Counted from the first letter of the stretch, positions 9,244-17,178 are shown. The stretch is DNA of 35,142 nt from a virus (IMGVR_UViG_3300025133_010191:1-35142), one strand, 5' to 3'. Notes: a model not told the origin generated them from the sequence alone. Numbers and translations: made by a program.

Positions 9244-9672
9244 CTAATTTTGAAGTATTTCTCGAGTTTCAACGAGGCTAATAAGTGAAGCCTGGGAAGA
9301 AATTCTTCCTCCTGCGCGATAAGACCCAATACTGATTACAAAAAATTTATTTTCTGGGAGAGGGTCGCCGTTAGACTCACAACAAAATCTAACTTTTACT
9401 TCGTATTCTTGACGTGTTCCCGGCATGGAGGTTCTGTCTATAACAGTTATTTCTGGACGATCATTAGCAGCAGCCCTTAAATCTTGAGAGTAAAGATTCA
9501 GTGCCATAAAATGATTTAATCCGCTTTGAGCAGAAATTTTTGCTAACGTGTGACGACGGGCGTTTCCCGAAATAAGTGCATTGTCTCTTGCTGACGCCCA
9601 CAACACTGCAGAGAAAGAAGATATAATTACCAGCATCATCATGGTGATAATAAAAGCGAAACCTTTTCTCAT
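9244..9672 (-). CDS. PilX/GspK-like minor (pseudo)pilin
   Basis: Class III signal MRKG/FAFIITMMMLVII without Glu+5; A..SA.SGL helix and C-terminal VISIG strand typical of PilX-like proteins. Confidence 0.65.
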   Translation of the reverse strand: MRKGFAFIITMMMLVIISSFSAVLWASARDNALISGNARRHTLAKISAQSGLNHFMALNLYSQDLRAAANDRPEITVIDRTSMPGTRQEYEVKVRFCCESNGDPLPENKFFVISIGSYRAGGRISSQASLISLVETREILQN

Positions 9673-10040
9673 GGATTAATTTGCATGTTAAGGATAAAAT
9701 TTTGTCTTCTGACATTTCCTTGGTTTGGGCCGGCGCCGGACCTAGCATCAATTACAGGAAAATTTTTCTTGACCCACTTCTGAGTTTTGGCAGCGCATCG
9801 ATCTTCCCCATACCCACCACGTACACACATTGACTCAGTCGCTTTTACAACTTCGCAAAAACATCTCATTTGATTGTCTCGCCACTGCTCTGGGGAGTAT
9901 CGGTAGATTACTCCTCTCGGAACTCTTGTATTAGTTCCAGGTAGATACTTGGAGCATACAATTTCAGATTCTGGATGAAAGAATGGCAATCCTGTTGCCA
10001 AAAGAGTTGATGTTATCAATGTTATCAGTTTAAGTCCCAT
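9669..10040 (-). CDS. Secreted cysteine-containing hypothetical protein
   Basis: Hydrophobic N-terminus, 5 Cys; overlaps the pilin-like start (ATGA). Confidence 0.65.
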   Translation of the reverse strand: MGLKLITLITSTLLATGLPFFHPESEIVCSKYLPGTNTRVPRGVIYRYSPEQWRDNQMRCFCEVVKATESMCVRGGYGEDRCAAKTQKWVKKNFPVIDARSGAGPNQGNVRRQNFILNMQINP

Positions 10041-10046
10041 GTTAGA

Positions 10047-10075
10047 ATTCTACAGTGCGCTATTAAAATTTACAT
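10047..10075 (-). promoter_or_regulatory. Sigma70-like promoter, probably leaderless
   Basis: ATGTAA-17 bp-TAGAAT ending 6 nt before ATG 10040; no RBS. Confidence 0.5.
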
Positions 10076-10076
10076 A

Positions 10077-10247
10077 CTAATAAGGGCAAAGGACTGAACT
10101 GTGTATTACTCGTATCGTTCCTTCGAAGTCTACTTCATACTTGTCATCGCCGATTTGCTTTACAATTTTTCCATACGTGCAGAAAAGCGGAACAATCTCC
10201 CACACATCGCAGACGACAAGATGATTTGGATAGAACTTTTGTTTCAA
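10077..10247 (-). CDS. 56-aa SH3/KOW-like family protein (missing from the ORF track)
   Basis: TTG start overlapping the upstream TGA; MKQKFYPNHLVVCDVWEIVPLFCTYGKIVKQIGDDKYEVDFEGTIRVIHSSVLCPY. Confidence 0.6.
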   Translation of the reverse strand: MKQKFYPNHLVVCDVWEIVPLFCTYGKIVKQIGDDKYEVDFEGTIRVIHSSVLCPY

Positions 10248-10444
10248 TTTTCTACTGACTTTAGTTCATCTTTAGAAAACTCTAAAACTTTACCATCTAT
10301 CAAGATCATATATACATCAGGTTCGTCACAAATCTCAGATAAAATGACCCCAGATTTTCCAACTAATTTTTTAGATTCTTTTAATAGAAATCCCGGGTAA
10401 TGATCAGGGAACGGTCGCACTACAACAAGATCACCCAGTTTCAT
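10244..10444 (-). CDS. Small SH3/KOW-like 'GDLV' protein
   Basis: MKLGDLVVV...GKSGVIL...YMILIDG...ELK. Confidence 0.75.
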   Translation of the reverse strand: MKLGDLVVVRPFPDHYPGFLLKESKKLVGKSGVILSEICDEPDVYMILIDGKVLEFSKDELKSVEN

Positions 10445-10445
10445 C

Positions 10446-10742
10446 TTAGGATTCTTGCAAGCGCTTATGTGTGTGTTGTTTTCTCAGCGCTAGAATACCT
10501 TGAGTAAGATTTCCGATGAAGATGTGCCCGCAGATAATCCCGAAAGCTAACCAGTCAGCATGGACGGCTAGCATGTAAAGCGCGGCGATGGCACCGGTAC
10601 CAAAGTACCAGAAACAGGCTGGTACATTGATTGCATCAGCAGTTGGTGAATCTACAATTGCTTTGATTACCGGATAGTACCAAAAATAATTTAGCACTTG
10701 AGTCACAACATACAAGCCTATCAAGAACTCAATAGCAGTCAT
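10446..10742 (-). CDS. PQ-loop/SemiSWEET-like three-TM membrane protein
   Basis: Three hydrophobic helices; YPVIKAIVDSPTADAINVPA; paralog of 24870..25148. Confidence 0.55.
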   Translation of the reverse strand: MTAIEFLIGLYVVTQVLNYFWYYPVIKAIVDSPTADAINVPACFWYFGTGAIAALYMLAVHADWLAFGIICGHIFIGNLTQGILALRKQHTHKRLQES

Positions 10743-10951
10743 TGAACCTTTTTTCTATTTCGAATATGGCCGATTTGATGAATCTGGACGTATTGTGCTC
10801 TTATCCTTCTTAGCTCACCTTCATGCAAGACAGTAACAATCTTCATGTAGGGCTTATACTCTTCAGTAATGATACCATACTTCCAATCCGTCAATTCTTG
10901 GGTTCGATGATTAATGATATCTCGAAACCGAACCATGTCACCTTCTCTCAT
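10739..10951 (-). CDS. Small SH3/KOW-like protein
   Basis: MREGDMVRF...YGII...VTVLHEG. Confidence 0.75.
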   Translation of the reverse strand: MREGDMVRFRDIINHRTQELTDWKYGIITEEYKPYMKIVTVLHEGELRRIRAQYVQIHQIGHIRNRKKVQ

Positions 10952-10971
10952 TTAGATTATCCGCTCTTTTT

Positions 10972-11211
10972 CTAACTGGAAGAAATCATTCTAACAAGGT
11001 GTGCCGGAAAGTATTTCTTTTTTCCGTCAAATAGAATGTCATATGCTGGACATCTTTCAGAATGATATTCTTTTAAGATTACGCCGTATCTAGGCTTGTT
11101 ACATTTGAATTGCGCGAGAAGAAGAATCAAATCTCCTGGACAGGGACGATCAAGTTGATGATTCATCGCATAGTTCACAATCAAGTATGTGAATCCATTG
11201 AGGTTCTTCAT
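10972..11211 (-). CDS. Small SH3/KOW-like protein (start probably shorter)
   Basis: PGDLILL...YGVIL...YDILFDG. Confidence 0.7.
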   Translation of the reverse strand: MKNLNGFTYLIVNYAMNHQLDRPCPGDLILLLAQFKCNKPRYGVILKEYHSERCPAYDILFDGKKKYFPAHLVRMISSS

Positions 11212-11371
11212 TTATCAGCACCCAGCAAAATGATGCAGCAAAACCAGTATCTTCTAAAACTAGTCCGGCGCGACCTGAAAATACGCCGTCTAGGACTTTA
11301 ACTAGATCGCCTTTAACAAGACTAGGTGCTTTGCCGATCAATGCGTCCTCTCGTTCCTTCTCAGTTCTCAA
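11150..11371 (-). CDS. Small KOW-motif protein
   Basis: KGDLVKVLDGVFSGRAGLV is a canonical KOW pattern. Confidence 0.75.
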   Translation of the reverse strand: MRTEKEREDALIGKAPSLVKGDLVKVLDGVFSGRAGLVLEDTGFAASFCWVLINEEPQWIHILDCELCDESST

Positions 11372-11705
11372 TCAGATCAAGTAGATCTTTTCTGATTCCT
11401 AAGACAACACCGTCTGAATCTCTGGTGTACCTAACATATTTGAAGCGCGATAAACTGTCGATCGTTTCTTTGGGCGCTTTGGGAAATAGTACCTTGGCTT
11501 CGATATCTGATTCTGTGATAACCCCAGTCCATGACTTGTGTTCTCGGCACGTAACTCTAGATCCGGGCACCCAGCCCTTGGGCGAAGGGGTGCTATCTTT
11601 TTGAGGTGTTTTAGCAGAAGTTTTGTCAGATGTTTTGACAGACACTTTCTTTTGTGCTGTCTTCTTTTTCGCTTTTTGTTTTTTCTTAGACATGCAAATC
11701 GTCAC
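11361..11705 (-). CDS. Lys-rich N-terminus plus SH3-like domain
   Basis: KKKQKAKKK tail; VPGSRVTC...WTGVI. Confidence 0.7.
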   Translation of the reverse strand: MTICMSKKKQKAKKKTAQKKVSVKTSDKTSAKTPQKDSTPSPKGWVPGSRVTCREHKSWTGVITESDIEAKVLFPKAPKETIDSLSRFKYVRYTRDSDGVVLGIRKDLLDLIEN

Positions 11706-11874
11706 TCAAAACAAGATTGACTTCTTGCGATTCAAACCACATTTGTTGGCCTGCAACGAGGACTTGATACGCTTCTAAGTAATCGTCAAACTCTCTTCGA
11801 TCAATGATCATCGCCACTTGACCGTCAAATCCAGAATGACGTGAGTTAACAACAACTAGGTTTCCGGGTGACAT
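11686..11874 (-). CDS. Small SH3/KOW-like protein
   Basis: MSPGNLVVV...GQVAMII...YQVLVAG. Confidence 0.75.
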   Translation of the reverse strand: MSPGNLVVVNSRHSGFDGQVAMIIDRREFDDYLEAYQVLVAGQQMWFESQEVNLVLSDDLHV

Positions 11875-12146
11875 ATCTTTTCCTGGTCAAGGTGGTCCCA
11901 ATATTCCTCGAACGATGAATCATACCACCCCCGAACAATCTTGTTCATAACGAGAACATCGATGACAGGATTCCCTTCTTCATCTTCATAAACAGCAGTA
12001 ACCACGGCGGGCGTAAGCTCAGGAATGTTCAAGATATCCCCGTTGGCGTCTGCGCCGGTCCATTGTATTGGGCCTGTGGACGTATCGACCCACTCGGCGA
12101 ATCGTACGAGATCACCTGGTTTGAAAATCACCGACTTACCGGACAT
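11856..12146 (-). CDS. Small SH3/KOW-like protein
   Basis: FKPGDLVRF...AVVTAV...IDVLV; GGAG RBS. Confidence 0.75.
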   Translation of the reverse strand: MSGKSVIFKPGDLVRFAEWVDTSTGPIQWTGADANGDILNIPELTPAVVTAVYEDEEGNPVIDVLVMNKIVRGWYDSSFEEYWDHLDQEKICHPET

Positions 12147-12168
12147 AGATAGCGCTCCGAACGCTCTA

Positions 12169-12570
12169 TTATACCTGGGTTTGTAGAGTTTGTTTTATGC
12201 CATCAGTTGCTTTTTCGACCACTTTGGAGGTCAGTTCTAGCTCTTGGCTGAACTTATATACGCCGGCCTGAATTGCTAGCAGTTCAGTAGGATTAAACTG
12301 TTTTCCAGAAGTTGCAAGCTTGATAATCTTGTCTAGCTTTCCTTGTCCGGACATGACGCTAGATAAAACTCTTGTTAGATTTGCATCTTTTGTCTTGTCT
12401 ACCCGGAGCTCCTGCTTGATCTCTGCGGTCTTTTGGGTGGAAGGTATATTATCCATCGATGCCGAAGAGGAAGTTTGTTTCAGAACATCTTGGAAGCTCT
12501 TGGGTGTACTCTGGGCTTTAACTGGTTGATTTGCTGTAGGCAGTTGTATGTTTAACCCTGAAATTTCCAT
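12169..12570 (-). CDS. Type III secretion inner-rod (SctI/YscI/HrpB2)-like protein
   Basis: Low-complexity N-terminus; C-terminal PTELLAIQAGVYKFSQELELTSKVVEKATDGIKQTLQTQV follows the P..L...Q..........EL..K pattern of inner-rod C-termini. Confidence 0.65.
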   Translation of the reverse strand: MEISGLNIQLPTANQPVKAQSTPKSFQDVLKQTSSSASMDNIPSTQKTAEIKQELRVDKTKDANLTRVLSSVMSGQGKLDKIIKLATSGKQFNPTELLAIQAGVYKFSQELELTSKVVEKATDGIKQTLQTQV

Positions 12571-13052
12571 TATCGAACGTTGTTAATTGCGTTCTTCGCA
12601 GTGTCGTGCTTGGTTTTCATCACGTTTGAGATCGTGCTAAATTGCCTGTTCTCACCCTGCATCTTGTTCTGGAGGGTTAGATACTGGAGGTTGAAGCTCA
12701 TCTGCATCTCTTGCATAGCTTTGGTTTGATCCATCAAGGTCTGCGTTGATGATCCGCCGGTTTGACCTGCAGGTGTATTTAAGCTGGGTGATTGACCTGG
12801 AACGTTCATTGTACCATTACCTGCGTAGTTGCCGATTGCTTCAGCTGCTTGACTTACAGTAGCATTGACAACTGATCCCCCTGGAACATAAGGTGCTGCA
12901 ACTCCGACCGCACCTGCTACTACTCCTGCTGCGTTTGATGCGCCCCGGCCGACCATTGCGCCGAAATCGTTTCTTGCAGTTTGGCGAGTGTGCATAGCTT
13001 CTGAGGTTATGCGAATTGAACCGCCGTTATTTAGTCTATTAATACCTGGCAT
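12570..13052 (-). CDS. Type III secretion needle (SctF)-like filament protein
   Basis: C-terminal YLTLQNKMQGENRQFSTISNVMKTKHDTAKNAINNVR matches the SN..K...D.....I.N.R needle C-terminal helix; Ala/Gly-rich hydrophobic segment upstream. Confidence 0.65.
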   Translation of the reverse strand: MPGINRLNNGGSIRITSEAMHTRQTARNDFGAMVGRGASNAAGVVAGAVGVAAPYVPGGSVVNATVSQAAEAIGNYAGNGTMNVPGQSPSLNTPAGQTGGSSTQTLMDQTKAMQEMQMSFNLQYLTLQNKMQGENRQFSTISNVMKTKHDTAKNAINNVR

Positions 13053-13062
13053 TTTATTTTCC

Positions 13063-13881
13063 TTACCGGATGTTTCTAATTGACGTCATGCTCATGTCGT
13101 GCATTGTCTTGAGAACATTAGAGATCAAATCATGCATCTCTTTGCGCTTATTCATAGCTTGCTGAATCTTGAAGTTGATAACTGATCTGCTGTGATCGAC
13201 ATCTCCTGCGGGTTTTCTGCCGAACATCGAACTACCTATGCCGCCGCCGAATGCCGAACCTAACTTTGATCCGATTGGGCCGCCAACTAATCCGCCCAGA
13301 ACTCCGCCGCCGAGCGTGACAGCCTTTGAAGCGAGAGATTTAAAGGCGCTCTTGATGCCGCCGAAGATCCCGCCTTTCTTCTTACTCTTCTTCATGGACT
13401 CATACTTCTTAATCAGCGATTTAAGCTCTTTCTCAGAATCGCGCATTTGTTTGAAGAGGAAAGCTGCCAGCATATCCTCGAAGGATGCTCCTGGGCCGAC
13501 TAGAGAATCCATGTCGCCGCCTTGCTTTTGAATCTGGCCCCTGAGAATGTTTCCGGCTGATGCGCCGCCGGATCTAATCAAGTTCATGATCTCACTGTCC
13601 ATTGCCCGAAGCGCAGATCCTAAGGTTGTACGTGCAGTATTTTGCGAGTAAGTGTGACCGCATTGCCGGCGGGATCTTGCAATTGCTCGGGAAGGCCTGC
13701 TTAAAAACTGCTGTGTGGTTTGACCGGAGAATAAGTCCTTCCAGTTTTGAACTGCCCCTGAGATGTTTAGGGTTGCTAGATCTACTTGGGCTCCTGCAAT
13801 ATCTCCGACTGCATCCGGATAACCGAGTTTGTCTAGTGTTTTGTTGAGCCGAGTTCCGAGCGAATTAATTCCAACTACCAT
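13063..13881 (-). CDS. T3SS needle/tip/translocator-like protein with glycine zipper
   Basis: GGGAGG RBS; coiled coil, amphipathic helix and GxxxG zipper; C-terminal ISNVLKTMHDMSMTSIRNIR paralogous to 12570..13052. Confidence 0.6.
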   Translation of the reverse strand: MVVGINSLGTRLNKTLDKLGYPDAVGDIAGAQVDLATLNISGAVQNWKDLFSGQTTQQFLSRPSRAIARSRRQCGHTYSQNTARTTLGSALRAMDSEIMNLIRSGGASAGNILRGQIQKQGGDMDSLVGPGASFEDMLAAFLFKQMRDSEKELKSLIKKYESMKKSKKKGGIFGGIKSAFKSLASKAVTLGGGVLGGLVGGPIGSKLGSAFGGGIGSSMFGRKPAGDVDHSRSVINFKIQQAMNKRKEMHDLISNVLKTMHDMSMTSIRNIR

Positions 13882-13911
13882 GTTTGAGGACCTCCCGTTT
13901 GTGTATGTCCT

Positions 13912-13919
13912 ATATCTAT
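13912..13919 (-). promoter_or_regulatory. ATAnwTAT motif variant (ATAGATAT)
   Basis: Upstream of the T3SS-like cassette. Confidence 0.35.
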
Positions 13920-13953
13920 TACCGGTAGTTTTACGGAAAAGTTTCCTCTTTTT

Positions 13954-14175
13954 TTAGTTTTTTTTTGTTTTTGTTGGAAAATCAACGGGCTGGAAGCCTT
14001 CTTTGAGTAGCTCTAGTTCGTCTTTTTCAGCATATGCTCTGCGACCATCGTCGTACAAAACTTCAAATTCCCAGTAATAAGTTACTGAATCTGTGTCTGT
14101 CCAGTATATATCTTTCTTGATGATCATCCCGGGTCGAAATATCGAGTAATCGTAAACCAAGTCACCGACTTTCAC
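13954..14175 (-). CDS. Small SH3/KOW-like protein
   Basis: MKVGDLVYD...GMII...FEVLYDDG...ELE. Confidence 0.75.
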   Translation of the reverse strand: MKVGDLVYDYSIFRPGMIIKKDIYWTDTDSVTYYWEFEVLYDDGRRAYAEKDELELLKEGFQPVDFPTKTKKN

Positions 14176-14501
14176 GAGACCACCAGAACCTTTGCAAGAA
14201 TGTGTGTCCTGTTTTCGTCTACTGCTCTTTGCAATCTGTGATGCCCATCAAGAATGCTCTGGATCTCTCCTTCTTGCTCTATCGCGATGATCGGAAAAGA
14301 TAAGTCTGCGGTTTCCTTCCGATGCTGTTCAATAATCACGTTAGATATCAGGGTTAATGGTTCGACTTCTAGCAAAACAATCGGCTCATCTTGCAGTGCT
14401 GCCAGAACATCTTGGATTGTTACTCTGTTTCCTTTTTCATCTTCCCAGAATGTTTTCTCCCAATCACTTAATTTCACGGGATCACCTCCAAGGTCCACCA
14501 A
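14172..14501 (-). CDS. ParB/Srx-like domain protein
   Basis: ADLSFPII...ILDGHHRL; true start probably GTG near 14477. Confidence 0.7.
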   Translation of the reverse strand: MVDLGGDPVKLSDWEKTFWEDEKGNRVTIQDVLAALQDEPIVLLEVEPLTLISNVIIEQHRKETADLSFPIIAIEQEGEIQSILDGHHRLQRAVDENRTHILAKVLVVS

Positions 14502-14662
14502 GGCGGGTCAAAATGACCGAAGGTCCATCTTCCGCCCTCGCTGTAAAAAATTAACGGACACGATTTCGATAGGATCGGGTAGTCCTCATCGCATATATAC
14601 ACGCCGCGGGCGATACAATCGTCATCTCTAGAAATTATTCTAACGAGGTCACCTGGCTTCAT
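14474..14662 (-). CDS. Small SH3/KOW-like protein
   Basis: MKPGDLVRI...GVYI...HFDPPWWTLEVI; close paralog of the next gene. Confidence 0.75.
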   Translation of the reverse strand: MKPGDLVRIISRDDDCIARGVYICDEDYPILSKSCPLIFYSEGGRWTFGHFDPPWWTLEVIP

Positions 14663-14831
14663 TGACTACTTCAATTGTCCATTGGTTGTCAAAATGGTGT
14701 ATTTCCCCCTTGAAGAAAACAGTCGTTGATCGCCCAGAAAAAGGATCAGTCCACGCATCGTAAAGATAGATTCCGATCCCGAGGTTGTTGTCATCGAATC
14801 CAACAATGCTGACAAGATCACCAGCGTTCAT
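14649..14831 (-). CDS. Small SH3/KOW-like protein
   Basis: MNAGDLVSI...GIYL...HFDNQWTIEVV; ATG overlaps the upstream stop. Confidence 0.75.
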   Translation of the reverse strand: MNAGDLVSIVGFDDNNLGIGIYLYDAWTDPFSGRSTTVFFKGEIHHFDNQWTIEVVNEAR

Positions 14832-15226
14832 ACAGCTTCCTTTAGCTCGTCGTATATCTGTTGAACTACATCTGCTGGGACCCATCCAGCGACATTATCA
14901 TACTCATCCCAGAACTTAGACCAGGGCTTCTTCTTCATGTCTGTCTCCATAGACGGGTTCAACCAAGCAGAGTCATTTGAAAGAAGTGCAATCTCAAAGG
15001 TTTCATAATCGTAAGGTAGTAAATTATCAGCTCTTGGTGAACAATAATTTTGAGAGCTGGCGACAACTGAAAGCTTCATTCCGCCTCGGAGATGCAGCTG
15101 GGCGTGGCACTTTCGCATTCCTGGGCGCAACATATAGTTTCTAAAATCATCTTTCATCGATTGCTTCAAGCTGGCTTTTGAATATCCACCATCGCCCAGT
15201 AGTAAAGAGTACAAGTGCATGCTCAT
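14828..15226 (-). CDS. Conserved phage hypothetical protein (start probably near 15157)
   Basis: LSVVASSQNYCSPR...FEIAL...VAGWVP, a pattern seen in phage hypothetical proteins. Confidence 0.65.
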   Translation of the reverse strand: MSMHLYSLLLGDGGYSKASLKQSMKDDFRNYMLRPGMRKCHAQLHLRGGMKLSVVASSQNYCSPRADNLLPYDYETFEIALLSNDSAWLNPSMETDMKKKPWSKFWDEYDNVAGWVPADVVQQIYDELKEAV

Positions 15227-15344
15227 AGCCGACTTCGTCTTCTATGATATCAATCACAATTCCAGGGGACTCAGGTACAGAATTATCCGCCAGCCCAAAT
15301 ACTTTGCTGCTGTCCCTAAGCGCGACCAAGTCCCCGGGCTTCAT
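15147..15344 (-). CDS. Small SH3/KOW-like protein
   Basis: MKPGDLVAL...PGIVIDI...LVLF...QLE. Confidence 0.75.
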   Translation of the reverse strand: MKPGDLVALRDSSKVFGLADNSVPESPGIVIDIIEDEVGYEHALVLFTTGRWWIFKSQLEAIDER

Positions 15345-15538
15345 TTGTCTGGCTCTTCTTTCACAGGAATAAGACTATCTATTCTCTCTTTTTGGCATAG
15401 AAGTCCCCCAGTAGTTAAAACCCACATCACGGACACAAAATTTTTGTCATCGTGTTCGCGAACAACTTCGCCCCAGGCAAATAGAATATCTGCTCCGGTT
15501 TTTGGCTTTACTTTTGTCCCTACATTCATATTTTTCAA
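15341..15538 (-). CDS. Small SH3-like protein
   Basis: MNVGTKVKP...WGEVV...VSVMW. Confidence 0.7.
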   Translation of the reverse strand: MKNMNVGTKVKPKTGADILFAWGEVVREHDDKNFVSVMWVLTTGGLLCQKERIDSLIPVKEEPDK

Positions 15539-15822
15539 CCCTCCGAAAGTGAGCAGTCTACGCTGGTTCTAGGTTGCTCAATATAGATCTCCTTTTGACG
15601 CCTCGTCAAGCTTTTAAATCTATATTCAGCTTTAGAGGCGGTGGATCTGTCATAATAATTATCTGAGAAGATTAGGTTTACTGGACGTCTTGACCTGGTG
15701 TATTTTGCCCCTCTTTTAGACTCATTATGCTCTTTTACTCTTCTGGCTAAGTCTGTGGTGATCCCTGTATAGTAAGTGCCGTCGGCACATTCTACTACGT
15801 ACATGTACCAGTCATCGCTCAC
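15535..15822 (-). CDS. GIY-YIG nuclease (UPF0213-like)
   Basis: WYMYVVECADGTYYTGITTDLARRVKEHN...GAKYTRSRRPV...KAE. Confidence 0.92.
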   Translation of the reverse strand: MSDDWYMYVVECADGTYYTGITTDLARRVKEHNESKRGAKYTRSRRPVNLIFSDNYYDRSTASKAEYRFKSLTRRQKEIYIEQPRTSVDCSLSEG

Positions 15823-16165
15823 TGACTACCTCTAAGTCTTCTCTGTGTATGTAGAACTTCTGGCCTGTTCGTGGGCAAGCAAGATAAGCGCACTTGGGAA
15901 TTCCGTTGCCCCAACCAACTCGAGCATGTGCTCGAGCTCTGAGCACTAGGAATGATTCGCCCACTTTGAGATCAATCCACCGCGTTTGAGGAGCTAGCTT
16001 GGGTTCGCCGGAACTGTCGTGCCACGTAGTGAGCCCAGCATGGATATCACGAGTTAGTTCTTTTCGCCACTCTTCTTGTTCTTGCTGTGTCGTAGATCGG
16101 AAACCCGTAACATCTCCATACTTGTGGACTACAGCTTTCACCCTTACAAGATCACCTTTTTTCAC
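15812..16165 (-). CDS. SH3/KOW-like protein with large insertion
   Basis: MKKGDLVRV...C-terminal FYIHREDLEVV. Confidence 0.7.
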   Translation of the reverse strand: MKKGDLVRVKAVVHKYGDVTGFRSTTQQEQEEWRKELTRDIHAGLTTWHDSSGEPKLAPQTRWIDLKVGESFLVLRARAHARVGWGNGIPKCAYLACPRTGQKFYIHREDLEVVSER

Positions 16166-16359
16166 TTTGTCTTATCTTCTTTTTTGTATCCCGGGGTTTG
16201 AGATGCAGTTAGTTTTACAAGCTTTCTTAAAATACCTGACGCTAAATCATCATTTTGAGTAATGGTTGTATCTGGTAAGCGGTGGTTCGCATATTGAGCT
16301 ACGGCATGCCAGCGCAATATTTCATTACATTCTTCTTTGTTAAGCTCTATCAACTGCAA
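16162..16359 (-). CDS. Hypothetical protein
   Basis: AGGAG RBS, TTG start, overlaps the next start. Confidence 0.6.
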   Translation of the reverse strand: MQLIELNKEECNEILRWHAVAQYANHRLPDTTITQNDDLASGILRKLVKLTASQTPGYKKEDKTK

Positions 16360-16374
16360 TAACTCCTTTTCTCT

Positions 16375-16659
16375 CTAGACACGATCTTCTTTTTCATTGT
16401 AGTGTGACAGTGTACCCCTAATGCTTTCTCCGTAAAGCTCAATGCAGGGCTTGCCCTTAAACGGATCTTTTTGATTTATAGAAAATGTTGGTTTTCTAAC
16501 CCATAAAAATCGGTGTTTTTTCCACGAGTCACCTTCTTCGTATACATGCTGGAAGGATCCCACGTATTGCACAAGCCCCTCGATGCCCTTAAACCAGTGA
16601 TTAAACCTATAGATCTTTCCAGGCTGGAGATCGCTAACGTATACTTTTCTGTTTTTCAT
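16375..16659 (-). CDS. Hypothetical protein, SH3-like start
   Basis: LQPGKIYRF...GLVQYVG. Confidence 0.6.
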   Translation of the reverse strand: MKNRKVYVSDLQPGKIYRFNHWFKGIEGLVQYVGSFQHVYEEGDSWKKHRFLWVRKPTFSINQKDPFKGKPCIELYGESIRGTLSHYNEKEDRV

Positions 16660-16743
16660 TTCGCAATCGCCATATTTTCTACAAAGATTAATAAACTGAT
16701 TTCTTTCGCTTTGAATTCATCGCTGATTCTAGTGAATCTGTTC

Positions 16744-16947
16744 TTAGGTGTTTGAGCTACCTTCACTTACTAGCGTCAAGTTTGATCCCAAAGCATGCAT
16801 CTTCTTTCCTGACGACATGAAGAGATCATACTCAGCACGATAGTAGCACTTTATAATTATACCAGACTCTCCACCAGCTTTACAGTACTCTTTTATCTGG
16901 ACAAGATCGCCGTTCTTAAACTGGTCTTTATAAGAATCGCAAGGCAC
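16744..16947 (-). CDS. Small SH3/KOW-like protein
   Basis: FKNGDLVQI...GESGIII...YDLFMSSG...NLTLV. Confidence 0.75.
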   Translation of the reverse strand: MPCDSYKDQFKNGDLVQIKEYCKAGGESGIIIKCYYRAEYDLFMSSGKKMHALGSNLTLVSEGSSNT

Positions 16948-17178
16948 TTATTGTTTGTCCACTGAGATTCTGCCTTCAGTGACATCTCGATGTGCTTTTA
17001 TCAATTTAGCAACTATCATAGCAGTGTCTTCAGGCGAAAGGCCCTGCAGTTGTTTCTCTTCATTTAAGTTGACAAACTCAAGATGCCCGGTTGCGGTTGG
17101 TTGGACCCCGCTGAATGTGTACTGCTTTCCATCTATCTCGGCTTTGATTATTGTTACTACTTTTTTTTCTTTGCTCAT
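16948..17178 (-). CDS. Hypothetical protein
   Basis: AAGGAG RBS, ATG start. Confidence 0.7.
   Translation of the reverse strand: MSKEKKVVTIIKAEIDGKQYTFSGVQPTATGHLEFVNLNEEKQLQGLSPEDTAMIVAKLIKAHRDVTEGRISVDKQ

Noticed and set aside
12169-13881. Flagellin/hook, helicase or phage tape-measure interpretation of the three-gene cassette
   Set aside because: There are no flagellin terminal motifs or Walker/DEAH motifs, the proteins are too short for a tape measure, and no tail genes are adjacent. The C-terminal helices fit needle and inner-rod patterns better.
15535-15822. GIY-YIG protein as a homing endonuclease or mobile intron
   Set aside because: It is a short single-domain UPF0213-like protein without DNA-binding extensions and does not interrupt a gene.
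16656-16766. 36-codon minus-strand mini-ORF (GTG start, VKVAQTPKNRF...)
   Set aside because: It fills a gap and overlaps the next start, but it is too short and featureless to support.
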